NCBI GenBank assembly: GCA_965219095.1
Contig: CBDCMT010000001.1
Span: 896,001 to 960,000, forward strand
DNA: 64,000 nucleotides
Source of the DNA: Bdellovibrionales bacterium
GTDB taxonomy: Bacteria; Bdellovibrionota; Bdellovibrionia; Bdellovibrionales; UBA1609
Direction: 5' to 3'
The notes under the pieces are model-generated. The model was not told the origin of the DNA, made no database searches, and saw nothing but the letters and a program-made list of their open reading frames with translations. Positions within the stretch are counted from its first letter, which is position 1. The number at the start of each line of letters is the position of its first letter. Shown here one piece after another: positions 60,540-64,000 of this stretch. A program made the translations under genes and the position numbers.

Positions 60540-62807
60540 ATGAAGAAAATTTTTCTTTTTTTTAGCTTATTAACGCTTCTTGTTATAGTTTTAGCCCTCC
60601 CTTACTATTTTACTTACACTCAGCTCATTGAAGATTTAAAGACTCAGAAATGGCTACCTACGTTAGATATTTATGTTCCTGAAGTCATGCTTAATAGAGG
60701 ACAAAAAATGGATTTAGCTTTGTTTATTAGAAATCTCAAGAACCTAGGTTTTCGCAAAAGAGAAGTTTCAAAAAGACTTTTCGAAAAAGACTATAGTTTG
60801 CTTACAAAAGATGAGTGTAGAGAAAAGATCGATTTAGAAGAAAAAGACAATGTATGCCTTTTCATTTACAATAAGTTTTTACAAATTCTAGTTTTAGATC
60901 AAAACTTAAACATTTCAAACATCTTAAAAGTCTCTTCAAACAATCAAATTTTAGAAACAAAAAGTCTTAACTTTCACCCACAGCTTTTAGCACAAACATC
61001 TCAAGGGAAGTTTGTCTTACAAAATTTCTCTACCTTATCCCAAACACCCCTTTATTGTATTCACTCAACTCTTGCTATCGAAGACCATAGCTTTCTTGAT
61101 CACAAAGGTTTTAATTTGAAGGCTATCTTAAGAGCTTTCACGAGAAATCTGTTAGAAGGGAGGTATGTTCAAGGGGGAAGTACTATAACACAACAGCTTG
61201 TAAAAAATTATTTTTTAACCAATGAAAAAACGATTAAGAGAAAAATAAAGGAGCTGTTTCTGTCCATTCTACTGGAACTTAAAGCCAGTAAGGATCAAAT
61301 TCTAGAAACTTACCTCAATATCATTTACATGGGACAAAAGAAATCCTATGAAATCAGAGGATTCAATTCAGCTTCTTATTTTTACTTTGGAAAACCTTTG
61401 TCATCTTTAAATTTAAGCGAATGTGCTCTTTTGTCTGCTGTGATCAGAAGCCCTGGGACTTATAATCCTTTTCGACATCCTGAGAGAAGCTTAAAAAGAC
61501 GCAACCAAGTTCTACAAAAGATGAAAAATAAAAATTGGATTAATGAAAATCAACTCAAAAAAGCTTCTTCCGTTCCTCTGCCACACCGCTTCTTTAAGAT
61601 TCATACAAATGTCTTTCCTCCTTCTTTAAGCCAAAGTATTGTGGAATTTGTTCATAAAAACCATTCTCAGAAAAAAGGGCTAAAAGTCTTTGTCAATATT
61701 GACCTTCAAGTACAAAAGTGGGCTGAAGACTCTCTTCGAGAAGGGCTTAAACACTTAGAAAAAAAATTTCCTAAGCTAAAAGAAAAGACCCTACAAGCGA
61801 GTCTTATATCTATACACATACCCTCAGCAAAAGTTCTTGCCCTAGTGGGAGGAAGAGACTTTAAAATTAGCCAGTTCAATAGGGTCTTAAAGGCTAAAAG
61901 ACAAATAGGTTCTCTTATGAAGCCTTTTATCTATCTTGCAGGATTTAAAAGTCTTGAAATAAATCCTCTCACTCCATTAAATGATAAACCCTTTGAGTAT
62001 AGCTATAACAAAAAAACTTGGAGGCCTAAAAACTATAAAAACAAATTTTTTGGAAACATACCTCTTTTTTCTTCTCTCATTTATTCTCTCAATGCCTCTA
62101 CAGCTAGATTTGGTTTGGAGAAAGTCGGTTTAGAAAATATTTTATCTGAAATTCAAAAATTAGACCTTCATCAAAACTTAGAAAAGTTACCTTCTATTGT
62201 TTTAGGTGCTTTTACCTTAACGCCTTATGAAGTAGCCCAAATGTACTTGCCTTTAGCAAGACAAGGTCTCACAAAAAAAATTGCTATGATAGATAAAATC
62301 TTAGATAAAAATGACAAAGTTTTATGGGAAAGCTCTCAAAAACAAAAAAAAGCTTTTGATTCCTTAAGAACGGCTCTTGTTTTATCCATCTTAAAACAAA
62401 ACATGATTCATGGCACAGGACAACTAGCTTATTGGCAGAATTTTAGAAGACCTTCTGCGGGAAAAACAGGAACTACAAACAACTCTAAAGACTCATGGTT
62501 TGTAGGTTTTACTCCTGATGTTTTGACTGTGGTGTGGGTGGGTTATGATGATAATACACCCACAGAACTGACAGGAAGTTCCGCAGCCCTACTTCTTTGG
62601 CTTCAGTTTATGAAAAAAGTAAGACCTCTTTATGAGAAAAAAGATTTCCTATGGCCTCAAGAGCTACAGAAAGTTTCTTTTTTTCAAAACATAAAAACAT
62701 CAAAAGTTAAAAAAATGGTGGAACTTTATATCAGAAAAGAAAACAAAGATGAAGTTCTCAAGCTCCTTAAGTTTTGGTACGAAAAAGCTAAGGAAAACTC
62801 AAAATAA
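60540..62807 (+). CDS. Class A penicillin-binding protein (transglycosylase/transpeptidase, PBP1B-like)
   Basis: AIED..F..H.G, QGGSTITQQLVKN, GSLMKPF, SLN, GKTGT. Confidence 0.93.
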   Translation: MKKIFLFFSLLTLLVIVLALPYYFTYTQLIEDLKTQKWLPTLDIYVPEVMLNRGQKMDLALFIRNLKNLGFRKREVSKRLFEKDYSLLTKDECREKIDLEEKDNVCLFIYNKFLQILVLDQNLNISNILKVSSNNQILETKSLNFHPQLLAQTSQGKFVLQNFSTLSQTPLYCIHSTLAIEDHSFLDHKGFNLKAILRAFTRNLLEGRYVQGGSTITQQLVKNYFLTNEKTIKRKIKELFLSILLELKASKDQILETYLNIIYMGQKKSYEIRGFNSASYFYFGKPLSSLNLSECALLSAVIRSPGTYNPFRHPERSLKRRNQVLQKMKNKNWINENQLKKASSVPLPHRFFKIHTNVFPPSLSQSIVEFVHKNHSQKKGLKVFVNIDLQVQKWAEDSLREGLKHLEKKFPKLKEKTLQASLISIHIPSAKVLALVGGRDFKISQFNRVLKAKRQIGSLMKPFIYLAGFKSLEINPLTPLNDKPFEYSYNKKTWRPKNYKNKFFGNIPLFSSLIYSLNASTARFGLEKVGLENILSEIQKLDLHQNLEKLPSIVLGAFTLTPYEVAQMYLPLARQGLTKKIAMIDKILDKNDKVLWESSQKQKKAFDSLRTALVLSILKQNMIHGTGQLAYWQNFRRPSAGKTGTTNNSKDSWFVGFTPDVLTVVWVGYDDNTPTELTGSSAALLLWLQFMKKVRPLYEKKDFLWPQELQKVSFFQNIKTSKVKKMVELYIRKENKDEVLKLLKFWYEKAKENSK

Positions 62808-62979
62808 ACCTTATAGAAGGAAATGGACTATGAGAAGAACTTTAGTGTTGTGAAACGACTTTGTTGCATGCTAAGCCTCTGAGCTTAACTAAGGTCTAGC
62901 GATTCATTGATAAACACAAGATGCTTTCCTGTAACCTAAGACCTTAAAAATACAAAATAAGGATGGTTTAGAGGTTTTA

Positions 62980-63290
62980 TGGGAAAATGTTTTTAAAAGA
63001 TCGATTGGAGAAAGATCGATTGGAGAAAGTATAATAAAGAGTTCGTTAAGTGGTGGTATGCCAACTGGCTCTGTCCATTAAAACAATTCCATGATAGTTT
63101 TCTTGAATATTTTTAGATATCTCATCTAAGTGAATTTGCATCATTCCTGAATTACATTCTGGTAAAATCCAAGCACAGCCTTTATCTCTATCCGGACAAA
63201 CTGCTCCAAAAATATAAGTGGATAAAAATTGTCTTTCTCTCACCACTCTAGGCTGTGTGCTGATCTTCCCCTGTTTCTGCGGACAGTCAA
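62980..63290. mobile_element. Mosaic of IS fragments (IS630 DDE fragment on minus strand; possible IS5-like N-terminus and IS3-like end)
   Basis: 63046..63246 YIFGAVCP...VLMDRASWH; IDWRKYNKEFVK fragment; TGATCTTCCCC...GGACA. Confidence 0.55.
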
Positions 63291-63441
63291 TTTTCTATAG
63301 ATGTAGAAAAACTTTCTAAAAGAAACAAATAGTTCTCTAAAACTTTTCTAATCAGGGTTTTTAAGTCCCAGCTTTTCAAAAAAAGGCTGGTCATCCATAT
63401 TTTCTTTTTGATAGACACTCTAAAAATTTAACAGAGTTTGA

Positions 63442-63618
63442 TCAAAAATCCAGGACGCTATGCGTTAAAAGAATAATGAGAAGCTTTCCTCCAAGCTCTC
63501 TTTCAAGTCTCTTGATGGCATAACTCAAAGCAGCCTGAGTGATCTCTAACATTTCTGAAGCTCTCGTCATGTTAAGAGTACTTGAAATTACAGTAAAATA
63601 GCGAAGATCATCCATCAT
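63442..63618 (-). pseudogene. LysR-type regulator HTH fragment
   Basis: rc translates MDDLRYF..ISSTLNMTRASEMLEITQAALSYAIKRLERELGGKL then breaks off. Confidence 0.75.
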
Positions 63619-63718
63619 TAAAGATTAATTAAATTAACCATGTCTTTTTTCTTTAAGTTTGTAATTTCAGGTAATGTGCAATTATATAACTTGGAGAAAA
63701 AAGAGGGAGGGATTTTTT

Positions 63719-64000
63719 ATGTTCATGGCTTGTCCTAAAAGAAAAGATGGAAATATTGTCTGATTGTATCCTATAGAAAGGAGGGTAAACCTAAATCCAA
63801 AATAGTTCAGAAAAAAAAGGACTAAAGATAGAGGGTGCTATTCGTAATAAGATTACAGTAAATCTTTCAGATGTAGACAAGTGAAGAGCGTCGTAATAAT
63901 GGCTTTAATGACATTCTAGGTTTTACTTACCAACAGTTGGGTTTTAATGATCTCATCCAAGCAGGAAAGAGTTGAGGAGCATTTTGGTAAAAATATAACT
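63719..64000 (+). pseudogene. Degraded N-terminus of an IS1634-like transposase
   Basis: Fragments SYRKEGKPKSKIVQ and EERRNNGFNDILGFTYQQLGF with stops and frameshifts. Confidence 0.45.

Overview
AT-rich chromosomal window from a bacterium that is probably Bdellovibrionota-like. This is an inference from gene order and protein types. Housekeeping blocks (gcvH-gcvT-folD, pyrE-cutA-CNNM-dcd-fusA, aat-rpmE2-mpg, osmoprotectant and Fe3+ ABC transporters, fadE, rpsD, rnpB-rnhA, ptrB, pcrA, PBP1) alternate with regions of decayed insertion sequences (IS630 of two types, ISL3, IS1634, IS110, IS66, IS982 and short IS256-like ends). The left end holds a decayed integrative conjugative element (VirB6/VirB8-like remnants and a large serine recombinase) anchored at tRNA-Leu. 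The most notable observation is a flagellar export operon (fliL-fliO-fliP-fliQ-fliR-flhB-flhA-flhF-fliA) that is open and tightly coupled but pruned. It has no fliM, fliN or flhG at their usual positions, FlhB lacks its NPTH switch domain, FlhA is C-terminally shortened and the FlhF GTPase motifs are degenerate. It is a candidate repurposed, non-motility secretion gate. Also notable: a secreted 7-unit Cys-pair repeat protein, two trypsin-like paralogs with clustered variable blocks, an ISL3 IRR-5bp-IRL junction, a 38-bp mini-ISL3, a displaced 3' copy of a permease gene with mostly synonymous differences, and a poly-T frameshift plus ATA start in the iron operon. All calls come from reading motifs by eye; no searches were run.
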